Shown: in pieces, positions 54,463 through 63,000 of the stretch
Layout of the letters: each line of letters begins with the position of its first letter
How positions within the stretch are numbered: the first letter of the stretch is position 1
DNA from: Elusimicrobiota bacterium
Lineage (GTDB): Bacteria > Elusimicrobiota > Elusimicrobia > UBA1565 > UBA9628
Direction: 5' to 3'
Assembly: GCA_003452935.1 (NCBI GenBank)
Contig: DMMY01000005.1
Span: 57,858-121,857 of the forward strand
Length of the DNA stretch: 64,000 bases
The notes under the pieces: model-generated
What the model saw: the letters and a program-made list of their open reading frames with translations, nothing else
Told to the model about the DNA's origin: nothing
Database searches by the model: none
Translations under genes and position numbers: made by a program

Positions 54463-55501
54463 CGATTTTCTCCAGGAGATGGTGGGCGGGCAGGCTTTGC
54501 CGGGCGCGGCGTCCCAGAAGTTTTGGAAAGAGCCCGCAGTCCAGGCCCGTGTCGCGCCTGCCGCCCCGGCGCAGAACCGCGAGGTTGTCCCGCGTCAAGC
54601 GCGCGCCCTCGGGAATGGGAAGCAGGGTGAATATGCCGCGCCGGTACTCCCGCAGCTCGAGCTCGACGCTATGCGGGACCTTGACTCCGCTGCCCAGCAT
54701 GGACTCGGCTTGCCGGACGGACGCGACCATTCGGCCCAATTCGTCAGGCTCCAGTGCGTAGGAATGGTCCGGACCCCGCAGCCGGCGCGAAAGCGTGAAG
54801 TGCTTTTCCAGGAGATTGGCTCCCAAGGCCGCGGCCGCGACCGGGGCCACGGCGCAGTCCGCGCTGTGATCGGAGAGGCCCACCGGCACTTTGTAGCGGG
54901 CTTTGAGCCAAGGGATGACATTGAGGTTGAGCGATTTCGGCGGAGCCGGGTATTTGGCCGTGCACTGCATGAGGCAAACGCGGCTTCTGGGCAGGCCTTT
55001 CAGGGCGCGGTCGATCTCCCCGGCGTCCGCGGCTCCGGTCGAGAGAATCAGAGGCTTTCCCAGGCGCGCCACGTGGCGCAGCAAAGGGGCATGAGTCATC
55101 TCATAGGAAGCGATCTTGAAGGCCGGGACAAGCGCCCGGAGCCGGTCCGCGCAGTCCTCGTCAAAGGGCGTGGCCATGAACAGGATGCCGCGCCGTTGGC
55201 AGCGCTTGTAAAGCCTGGGCAGCCAGGACCAGGGCATCTCCATATCCTCGATGACGCGGTAGATGCTCTTCTGGACGCCTAGGCTCTTGAGATAGCGGGG
55301 CCGGACCTCGAGTTTTGGGTAGAGGGTTTGGGCGCGAAAGAGTTGGAATTTGACCGCGTCGGCCCCGGCCGAGGCCGCCACGTCGATGAGGCGCAAGGCT
55401 TGGCTGAGGTTGCCGTCGTGATTGGAGCCGGCCTCGGCGATGATGAAGCAGGGGTGGCCGTCGCCTACGCATCGCCCGCCGATGCGCACCGAGCGCGCCA
55501 T
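54452..55501 (-). CDS. pseI: NeuB-family nonulosonic acid synthase (pseudaminic/legionaminic/N-acetylneuraminic acid synthase) with a C-terminal SAF domain
   Basis: The internal start MARSVRIGGRCVGDGHPCFIIAEAGSNHDGNL is the canonical NeuB N-terminus. Also PFDEDCADRL and KIASYEMTH. The ATG at about 55501 overlaps the upstream stop. The symbol is assigned from Pse-pathway neighbours, not from intrinsic specificity. Confidence 0.85.
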   Translation of the reverse strand: MARSVRIGGRCVGDGHPCFIIAEAGSNHDGNLSQALRLIDVAASAGADAVKFQLFRAQTLYPKLEVRPRYLKSLGVQKSIYRVIEDMEMPWSWLPRLYKRCQRRGILFMATPFDEDCADRLRALVPAFKIASYEMTHAPLLRHVARLGKPLILSTGAADAGEIDRALKGLPRSRVCLMQCTAKYPAPPKSLNLNVIPWLKARYKVPVGLSDHSADCAVAPVAAAALGANLLEKHFTLSRRLRGPDHSYALEPDELGRMVASVRQAESMLGSGVKVPHSVELELREYRRGIFTLLPIPEGARLTRDNLAVLRRGGRRDTGLDCGLFPKLLGRRARQSLPAHHLLEKIDVR

Positions 55502-55502
55502 G

Positions 55503-56468
55503 TTATGGCCGCCTCGGCGATTGGCCAAGCACAAGGCGCGCCACGCGCAAAGCTCCATGGCCGTCGATGAGGCCCCGGCCGCTTTCGGACATGCGCGCGC
55601 GCAGGGCAGGGTCCCGGTCGATCCGGCGCAGGGCCGCGCGCAAATGGACGGCCAGTCCCGGGGCCGCGGCTTTTCCGGCCAACAGCACGGTCCCGGCCTC
55701 TGCCATGCCTAGGACGTTGCCCTTCTGGTCCGGGCCCCGCTCCACCACAGCCGCCGGCGTGCCGGTGAAAGCCAGTTCATAAATCGTCTGACCGCCGGCC
55801 GTCACGGCCGCGTCGCAAGACTCAAGCAGAGGGCGCAGGCTCATAAGCCCGCGATGCCAAACCACGGCCGTCGCGGCAACGGAAGCGGGTTTCGGTGCCA
55901 GCATCCCGATGGCAACATGTATTTCGGCCTGGGGTAAGGCTTGTTGCGCGGCTTTGATGACCGTCTCGGTCAGTGCCTCGCAAATGCCGCCTCCCAAGGT
56001 AATGAGCAGCCGTCGTATTCTGGGACTGATGCGGCGGCGAAGGCTCGGGCTCCAATACTCCTGGCGCAAGGGAAGAAATTTGGGCCCCAGGAGCAGGCCT
56101 GCGGCCGGGCCGGCTGAGAAGCGCAACCCGCGCGCGTAGACATGGCCGTTGAGAATCCAGTCCGCCGGGGCGCGGCATGTGCCGAGGTCATCGAAAGCGA
56201 GCAGGTTGCGGCTCTGGCGCCGCAAACGTTGCCAATCCTGGGGCGAGAAGCGATATGAGTCAGCCGCCAGGATGTCCCAGCGACGGCTGCTTAAGGCGGC
56301 CAGGTCAAAGCCTAAAGACCGCACCCAGAAGCGGCAGGAGGCGGGCACGTCCACGAAAACCGGGCGCGCGCCGAGCTCGCGAAAGGCCTGGGCCAGGGCG
56401 GCGCTGCGGCCCAGGTGCCCCAAGCCCACGTTCGGACCGCCGTCAGCGGCTAGGGCAACTGATCTCAT
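55503..56468 (-). CDS. pseG: PseG-like UDP-sugar hydrolase (UDP-2,4-diacetamido-2,4,6-trideoxy-beta-L-altropyranose hydrolase family, GT-B fold)
   Basis: N-terminal MRSVALAADGGPNVGLGHLGRSAALAQAF matches the PseG signature (R-x-D-x-x-x-x-x-G-x-GH-x-x-R). The C-terminal Gly-rich GT-B region is present. Confidence 0.65.
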   Translation of the reverse strand: MRSVALAADGGPNVGLGHLGRSAALAQAFRELGARPVFVDVPASCRFWVRSLGFDLAALSSRRWDILAADSYRFSPQDWQRLRRQSRNLLAFDDLGTCRAPADWILNGHVYARGLRFSAGPAAGLLLGPKFLPLRQEYWSPSLRRRISPRIRRLLITLGGGICEALTETVIKAAQQALPQAEIHVAIGMLAPKPASVAATAVVWHRGLMSLRPLLESCDAAVTAGGQTIYELAFTGTPAAVVERGPDQKGNVLGMAEAGTVLLAGKAAAPGLAVHLRAALRRIDRDPALRARMSESGRGLIDGHGALRVARLVLGQSPRRP

Positions 56469-57535
56469 GCGCGGGCGATTTGGGGCTGGGCTTCCTGAAT
56501 CAGCGGGCTGATCATTTGCCGCAGGTCGTCAGCCGTAAGCCAGGAGTCGTTGGCGTCGCTGGTATAGCGGAAACCCTCCGGCGGAGCCGAGCCGTTGTGC
56601 CGGCGGGCCTCTCCCCACCAGGGAAAGCTCGGCTTGACGAGGTACATGGGGCCCAGGTCCAGGGTCCGGGCCGCTTCTTCCTCGGTGAGCAGGGCCTCAT
56701 GAAGTTTTTCCCCGGGCCGGATGCCGATGACCTTGGTGCTGCATTCCGGGGCCATGGCCTTGATCAGGTCGAGTATGCGCATGCTCGGGATCTTGGGCAC
56801 GAAGACCTCCCCGCCCTGCATGAGCTCCAGGGCCCGCAGGACCAGGCGCACCCCGCCGTCCAGTGTGATCCAGAAGCGGGTCATGCGCTCGTCGGTCACC
56901 GGCAGAACGCCTTGGGAGCGCTGGCGCAGGTAAAGCGGGATGACGCTGCCCCGGCTGCCCACCACGTTGCCGTAGCGCACCACGCTCAGCCGGGTCTGCG
57001 TGGCCGCGGCATAGGAGTTGCCGGCGATGAAGAGCTTCTCGGCGCAGAGCTTGGTCGCGCCGTAGAGGTTGATGGGATTGACCGCCTTGTCCGTGGAAAG
57101 GGCCACGACTTTGGAGACCTTCTCGTCGATGGCGGCGTTGATGATGTTCTCGCTGCCCATGACGTTGGTGAGTACCGCCTCGAAGGGATTGTACTCCAGG
57201 GTAGGCACCTGCTTGAGGGCCGCGGCGTGCACCACGAAGTCCACCCCGTGAAAAGCGCGCCGCAGGCGCGGCAGGTCGCGCACATCGCCGATGAAAAAGC
57301 GCAGGCGGGAGTCCTTGAAGGCCGCGGCCATCTCGGACTGCTTGAGCTCGTCGCGGCTGAAGACTATGAGCTTGCGCGCCTTGGAGAGCTCAAGAGCCGC
57401 GCCTATGAAGCGTTTGCCGAAGGAGCCGGTGCCGCCCGTGACCAGAACGGTGCGGCCGTCCAGTATTTTGAAATCCGCGCGCGTGAGGGAGCGGATAAAG
57501 TCCGGGGAATCGGCGCGGCGGGCGGGTTTCGTCAT
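56465..57535 (-). CDS. pseB: UDP-N-acetylglucosamine 4,6-dehydratase (inverting), PseB/FlaA1/CapD-type
   Basis: FKILDGRTVLVTGGTGSFGKRFI and later YGATKLCAEKL (YxxxK) are both characteristic. First gene of the long operon, with a GAGAGG Shine-Dalgarno 6 nt upstream. Confidence 0.9.
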   Translation of the reverse strand: MTKPARRADSPDFIRSLTRADFKILDGRTVLVTGGTGSFGKRFIGAALELSKARKLIVFSRDELKQSEMAAAFKDSRLRFFIGDVRDLPRLRRAFHGVDFVVHAAALKQVPTLEYNPFEAVLTNVMGSENIINAAIDEKVSKVVALSTDKAVNPINLYGATKLCAEKLFIAGNSYAAATQTRLSVVRYGNVVGSRGSVIPLYLRQRSQGVLPVTDERMTRFWITLDGGVRLVLRALELMQGGEVFVPKIPSMRILDLIKAMAPECSTKVIGIRPGEKLHEALLTEEEAARTLDLGPMYLVKPSFPWWGEARRHNGSAPPEGFRYTSDANDSWLTADDLRQMISPLIQEAQPQIARA

Positions 57536-57567
57536 GTCTAGCCTCTCTTATAAGGAAAGCATGTTCA

Positions 57568-57596
57568 AACTTTGAACATTGTACGAATTAGCCGCT
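57568..57596 (-). promoter_or_regulatory. Promoter/operator A for the pse/radical-SAM operon: -35 TTGACC, 17 nt, -10 TACAAT, overlapped by a perfect 9-bp inverted repeat ATGTTCAAAcTTTGAACAT (57551-57569) at the TSS
   Basis: The minus strand reads ccTTGACCccaaagcggctaattcgTACAATGTTCAAAGTTTGAACATgctttccttataagaGAGAGGctagacATG. It is near-identical in layout to the element upstream of the wHTH regulator gene (30980..31008). Confidence 0.5.
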
Positions 57597-57608
57597 TTGG
57601 GGTCAAGG

Positions 57609-59105
57609 CTAAGGACGGGAACGGTTTTTGAGGCCGGGTTGAAACCCCGCCCTCCGCAATTCCCGGCTGATGACCTTTGCAGCGACCGCAGTGCCGGCCG
57701 CGGACCAGTGGACCGGGTCGGACTTGCCGTAAAGCCAGACCGGCTGAGGCCCTGCTACGACTTTCCGTAGTGCCGGAAGAAGGTCAATAAAAAAAAAGCC
57801 GTTTTTTGAAGCGAAGTCCTGGAGCCCGTTGCGCTGCGCTTCGGCGCGCCGATCCTGCGCGGCGTCGGCCGGGACAAGCAAGTCCCGGTATATCTCGTAT
57901 GACGAGGGGTTGTACATGATGGCGAGCCGGGGCGGCTTCGGCAGACCGCGGACCCGGTCCGCCAAAACGCGATACTGAGCCAAGGTCTCATCCAAACCCG
58001 CGGAAATCCATTTATCGTAAAGTTCGGGCCTTAGAGCGAAATGGGAATAGGCCGGATAAGCGAATAAATGGTCGATTTTTCCAGCAGTTGCTGATCCGCC
58101 CAGGGGCGCCTCGGAACTTGAATGGCGGCCTATCATCCGGGCTAAGCGGTCCTTGAGCTGGCGCACTATGTAATAGGAAAGGGCCAAGGTTAAATCGCGG
58201 CTGCGCAGGCGCAGGAGGATATCCGGTCCTTGCGGGATGATCAGGGAGCGAAAGCGCGGATCGCGCAGGAGCCGGAGGTTCAAATCCGCAAAAGCAAATC
58301 GATCGGTGAAGCTTCCTTGGCCGGCCAATGCCGCATCCTCGTTGATTTCGCTGGCGTCGTTGCCCGAATAGAACTCGACGATCAAGAGACGCGGTTTTTT
58401 GACGAGCGCATAAGCGAGCAAGGCTTGAACTTTTTGGCGGGGACTGTAGCTGCTGGAGGAGAGGTTCCAGAGGGATGGATAGTCCTTCTTGACCGTCTCC
58501 AAGCAAGAGGGCATGCCTGTTCCTTGCAGGACCGAGTCCCCGCTGAAGAAGATGTCGACGTTCGGGGCGCCATTATAGAAGCCTCGATTGAGATTGAGAT
58601 AGCCGGTCTCGTCGACTGTCGTCTCGTAGAGGGGGTTTCGGGGGTCGTGATCGTAGCGGTAACGGTGCAGGGACCCAGGCGTACGTCTGAAGAATAGGGG
58701 ATCGTCCGTGGCGTTTTCGAAGAAGTCGTAACGAGCCTCTTGAAGCACGGACATGACCCGCTTCTGAAGAGACTTTCCGAGTTCCAGGCTGGGGGAAATC
58801 CGCAGATGCAGGGCTTTTTCCCAATAAGGAAGAGTTTCCGCCGCTAGGACGTAGAAGACCAGGGTCTGGGCCAGGATGATGCCGGCCTGCAGAAACCAGG
58901 GCCGGCGCCCTAAGCGCAGCCATGCAATTATGCTTGCGCCCATGCCTGTCAGAATGAATATGGAATCCCGCCAGGGATGAACAATGAAGCTGACGCCGAA
59001 GATCAGCCAGGAGGCGAGGATGGCGGTCAGGGTCGCGAATGCGGCCGCCCTGCCGGGCTGCGGCGGAGGGGAAGTCATAGGCGTTTGTTTAGACGACAGG
59101 TCCAT
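57609..59105 (-). CDS. Membrane-anchored SGNH/GDSL-like hydrolase family protein (possible glycan O-acyl esterase/transferase)
   Basis: 3 N-terminal TM helices, then block I FFSGDSVLQGTG (GDS) and a C-terminal DPVHWSAAG (the DxxH-like block), characteristic of the SGNH fold. Confidence 0.45.
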   Translation of the reverse strand: MDLSSKQTPMTSPPPQPGRAAAFATLTAILASWLIFGVSFIVHPWRDSIFILTGMGASIIAWLRLGRRPWFLQAGIILAQTLVFYVLAAETLPYWEKALHLRISPSLELGKSLQKRVMSVLQEARYDFFENATDDPLFFRRTPGSLHRYRYDHDPRNPLYETTVDETGYLNLNRGFYNGAPNVDIFFSGDSVLQGTGMPSCLETVKKDYPSLWNLSSSSYSPRQKVQALLAYALVKKPRLLIVEFYSGNDASEINEDAALAGQGSFTDRFAFADLNLRLLRDPRFRSLIIPQGPDILLRLRSRDLTLALSYYIVRQLKDRLARMIGRHSSSEAPLGGSATAGKIDHLFAYPAYSHFALRPELYDKWISAGLDETLAQYRVLADRVRGLPKPPRLAIMYNPSSYEIYRDLLVPADAAQDRRAEAQRNGLQDFASKNGFFFIDLLPALRKVVAGPQPVWLYGKSDPVHWSAAGTAVAAKVISRELRRAGFQPGLKNRSRP

Positions 59106-59249
59106 TATACTTGATCAAAAGCGAAATTTTTTGTGGCTTGAGTTTTAGCATTGTCCGCGACAAATATCAGGCGTAGATGGTGGTTCGGATATCGTCCGCG
59201 AGATATCCTTGATATTTTTAGCAGAGTTGCGTCTTGGATTTTGCGGCTA

Positions 59250-59277
59250 TTGACAATAATTGTCCGATTGGTATAGA
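59250..59277 (+). promoter_or_regulatory. Candidate sigma70 promoter for the response-regulator gene: TTGACA, 16 nt, TATAGA
   Basis: ctaTTGACAataattgtccgattggTATAGAttgcaataattatatttcATG. Perfect -35, 4/6 -10, in an AT-rich ~190 bp gap. Confidence 0.35.
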
Positions 59278-59295
59278 TTGCAATAATTATATTTC

Positions 59296-59997
59296 ATGTT
59301 TAAAATTAAACGCATCCTCATCATTGATGATGACGCCGACTATGGGCCTATGCTTTGCCGCAGGTTCCAGACCATTGGTTTTAAAACCATGCTGGCGGCC
59401 GAGGGGCAGGAGGGTCTAGACAAGGCCGAGTCTTTTCGACCGAGCGTTATCCTCTTAGATATCCATATGCCGGAGATGGATGGCTTGAAGGTTTTGCAAC
59501 AATTGAAGCGAGATTGGTGCTTGTCTGCAATTCCCGTCATCCTGATCACCGGCCAGGAAATCATAGATAGCGTTCTGGATGCCGTTGCTGAACGCTTTCA
59601 AACCGGGCCAATATACCGTAAGAGCGAACCTCTCGCTGCTCTGACGCAGAGGGTGGAAAAGATTATCTCATTGTTGTCTTGCGAGCGACAGGCTTTGCCA
59701 AATGGGCTTCGGCGCCGGGATGTCGTTCAGATTGACACGCGCCGCAAAGCGGTGAAATTGGGAAGCCAGCCATTGCTTCGTTTGGCAGGAAAACGCTTCG
59801 ATTTGTTCTGCGCCTTGTTGTGCAAGGAGAGGCGCGTGAGTCGGCAGGAACTTTTGATGGAAGTCTGGGATGAGAACACGGATATCAATACGGTCGGCGT
59901 CACCATGCAGCGGCTGCGCGAGGATTTAAGGGGGTTTCCCTGCTTTTGCATCAAGTCATATCGAGATGGTTATGAGTTGGTCCTGCGCTTTGGGTAG
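59296..59997 (+). CDS. OmpR/PhoB-type response regulator (receiver + winged-helix DNA-binding domain)
   Basis: Receiver with ILIIDDDADYG, the phospho-acceptor LLDIHMPEMDGLKV and IPVILITG. C-terminal trans_reg_C-like winged helix (RQELLMEVWDENTDINTVGVTMQRLREDL). AT-rich codon usage, unlike the rest of the window. Confidence 0.8.
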   Translation: MFKIKRILIIDDDADYGPMLCRRFQTIGFKTMLAAEGQEGLDKAESFRPSVILLDIHMPEMDGLKVLQQLKRDWCLSAIPVILITGQEIIDSVLDAVAERFQTGPIYRKSEPLAALTQRVEKIISLLSCERQALPNGLRRRDVVQIDTRRKAVKLGSQPLLRLAGKRFDLFCALLCKERRVSRQELLMEVWDENTDINTVGVTMQRLREDLRGFPCFCIKSYRDGYELVLRFG

Positions 59998-60032
59998 TCT
60001 CCCGACGTGAGCCTGCCGAAATCCGGCGATAC

Positions 60033-60047
60033 ATAACAAGTTGTTAT
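60033..60047. promoter_or_regulatory. Perfect palindrome ATAACAAgTTGTTAT between the response-regulator and NHL genes (operator or weak hairpin candidate)
   Basis: 7-bp arms with a 1-nt spacer, read directly from the sequence. 36 nt after the response-regulator stop and about 40 nt before the GTG start of the NHL gene. Confidence 0.4.
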
Positions 60048-60083
60048 CGACCGGGCAGAGCTTTTCCTTTTAGAATTTGCGCA

Positions 60084-63000
60084 GTGGAAAAAGATGAGCG
60101 CGGTTGGGCGTCGAATTCGGGCCGTGGCGCAAAGGTTGATTTAAGTTTTTGGTCTTCCTTAATAATGGGCGCGGTTCTTGCCGTGCTTTTTCCTCAATCG
60201 TTGGCCGCTCAGACATTGGAAGCCCATGTCATTGATGAGTCCGGGGCTCGGATTTCCGCGGGAACGACCGAGCTTGTCTTCTCGCAAGGACAGGCTCTTG
60301 TAGGGACGAGCCAGTCTGGATCAACAAGTATTGATTTTGGGTTCCTTAATGGGCTGCCCGTAGAAGCTATTTCCCCTATGGCGGGCAATCCTCCTTTCAG
60401 CATGGTGGGAGTAAGTTCTGTTGCGGTCAATTGGCTTGCCAACGGAAACCCAGCAGGGACCTTGTATTATGCCCAAATATCCCCATCGGCTGATTTCTCA
60501 TCCGTAACGGCCTCCTCGCAGACCTATAATGAAAGCGCGGCCTTTATTGGCCTGAACGCGAATACCCTATACTATGTTCATGCTGCGGCTTATTCCATCT
60601 TAACGTCCACGTGGTGCATGTTTTCGCCAATCGGTTCGACATACACCTTAGCCGTGGCCCCCGGTTCGCCGCCAGATGGAATTTCGACTTTTACGGCGGT
60701 CTATACGAGCAGCTTCACGTTGAATTGGTCCTCTGGGACCCAGTCAACCGGCTATAACTCTGATGATACCCTCTATCTTGCCCAAATTTCTACCAAGGCG
60801 AGTTTTGTGCCGCTTTGGGCATCGAGCCAGACCCTCAATTTGAATGCAATTTTTACCAATCTTAATGAGAGTAAGAAATATTATGCCCAGGTGCAGGCAG
60901 TAAACGCCAATAATATACCGAGTAGCTTTACGATTCTTGGGTCAGCGTTCACCCAATCTTTTCCCATGCCGCTTGGAATTATCAATACCGTTGCTGGTAA
61001 TGGAGACTATAGTGATAGTGGCGACGGTGGCCCTGCTACTAGTGGTGCAATGTATGACCCTCAGGGTGTGGCTGTGGATTCAACTGGAAATGTTTATATT
61101 GCGGATTCGCTTGGCCAACGTGTCCGCAAGGTTGACACAAGCGGAATCATCACGACCGTTGCCGGCAATGGACAATCGGGTTCTTGGGGTGACGGCGGTT
61201 TAGCTACCAGCGCTACATTAAATGGTCCTCGTGGCGTAACCGTGGATTCCATTGGGAACTTCTATATCGCCGATGAGTGGAATCACCGTATCCGCAAGGT
61301 GGATGCATCCGGAATCATTACGACAGTTGCAGGTAATGGAAGTCAAGGTTTTAGCGGTGATGGCGATCAAGCTACTAGCGCCAGCCTTCATAACCCATTT
61401 AGTGTTGCCGTGGATGAGATTGGAAATATCTATATTGGAGATTTAAGTTTTCACGTACGTAAAGTGGGCACCGACGGCGTCATTCATACAGTTGCCGGTA
61501 ATGGCAGTCGTGGGTATAGCGGTGACGGGGGACCGGCTACCAGCGCAGCGATGGGCCCTCCCCATATCGCGGTAGATGAATATGGGAATATTTATATAGC
61601 GGATGGAGACAATAACCGTATCCGTAAAGTGGACACTAATGGAATCATTGAAACTATTGCCGGCACTGGAAATTGGGGCTATAGCGGAGACGGCGGGCAG
61701 GCGACTAGCGCCGAACTATACAACCCCGTAGCTGTGGCCGTGGATTCACACGGGGATGTCTATATGTCGGATAATGCGAACGTGATCCGCAAAGTGGATG
61801 CCAATGGAATCATTAATACTATTGCCGGTACTTTCCCATATCCAGGTTATAGCGGAGATGGCGGCTTAGCTACCAGCGCTAAATTTAGTTTCGCATATGG
61901 TGTGGCCATAGATGCGTTCCGGAATATCTATGTCTCGGACCGGTACAATCGCCGTATTCGGCAGGTGGCTGTTTCCTCTTCCACACTCTCTCTGCCAGTT
62001 CTTAGTGCCTCGGCACAAAGCCCAACCTCAATACAGTGGTCTTGGAGCGGCTTGAACTATGCTGCGGCTTACAGGATGGTAAGCTCAACAGGTGGTGCCA
62101 TCTCAAGCGTCTTAAGCAATCGGACCACTTACTTTATTGAGACTAACATTTCGACCAACACGCTTTATGCCCGCGAATTGGTGGCTATCAATTCAATGGG
62201 TTCATCCACATCTGCCGTGGTTTCCACATACACACTCTCCGCCGCCCCCATTGATTTGGCCATGGTCAGCGTGGCCTCATCTGCGGTTCACCTGACTTGG
62301 AACGCCAACGGCAATCCAAACACGACCAACTTCGAGGTGTCCTATACGACTTCGACTGGCTTTGCTGTAGACTCGGATATCTCTACTGCACCTTTAGTCA
62401 CGTCGACCTTTACCACGGTGGATAGCTTGGCCAGCGGAACTTCTTATTATTTTCGTGTGCGCGCCTACAATGGCGGCGGCTTTGCCACGGCTTTCTCCTT
62501 AATCGTTTCGACCTACATGCCGGTCCTGCAATCTTCAGTGACGGCAATGACGCCGTCTTCCGGCACCATAGGAGCCACCCTCGCAATTTTCGGCTCAGGG
62601 TTCGGGACTGGCGACGGCGACAATACGCGGGTGCGTTTCGGCATAAATGGTTCGACGGCCCCGATCTCTTTGTGGACCGATACCCAAATATCAGCGATAG
62701 TTCCGTTGCTCTCTTCAGGGGCCTATGCCGTGGCTATCGAGCGTCAGACCGGCTCTACTGTGACCATAACCAGCGCCGGAACTTTTACGGTGGCGACTCC
62801 GCATATTTCCACCATAACGCCGTCTTTTGGCAATGCGAGTTTCGATATCGAAGGCTCCGGCTTCGGCGAATATGTGGATACAGGCACTACAAAGGTGACT
62901 TTCAACGGTACGCCCGTGGATTTATCTGCCTGGCACGATGCCATGATCCGGGTGGTGCCGGACGATATCTCGGTGGGAACCTATACCGTTGTCGTGGTTC

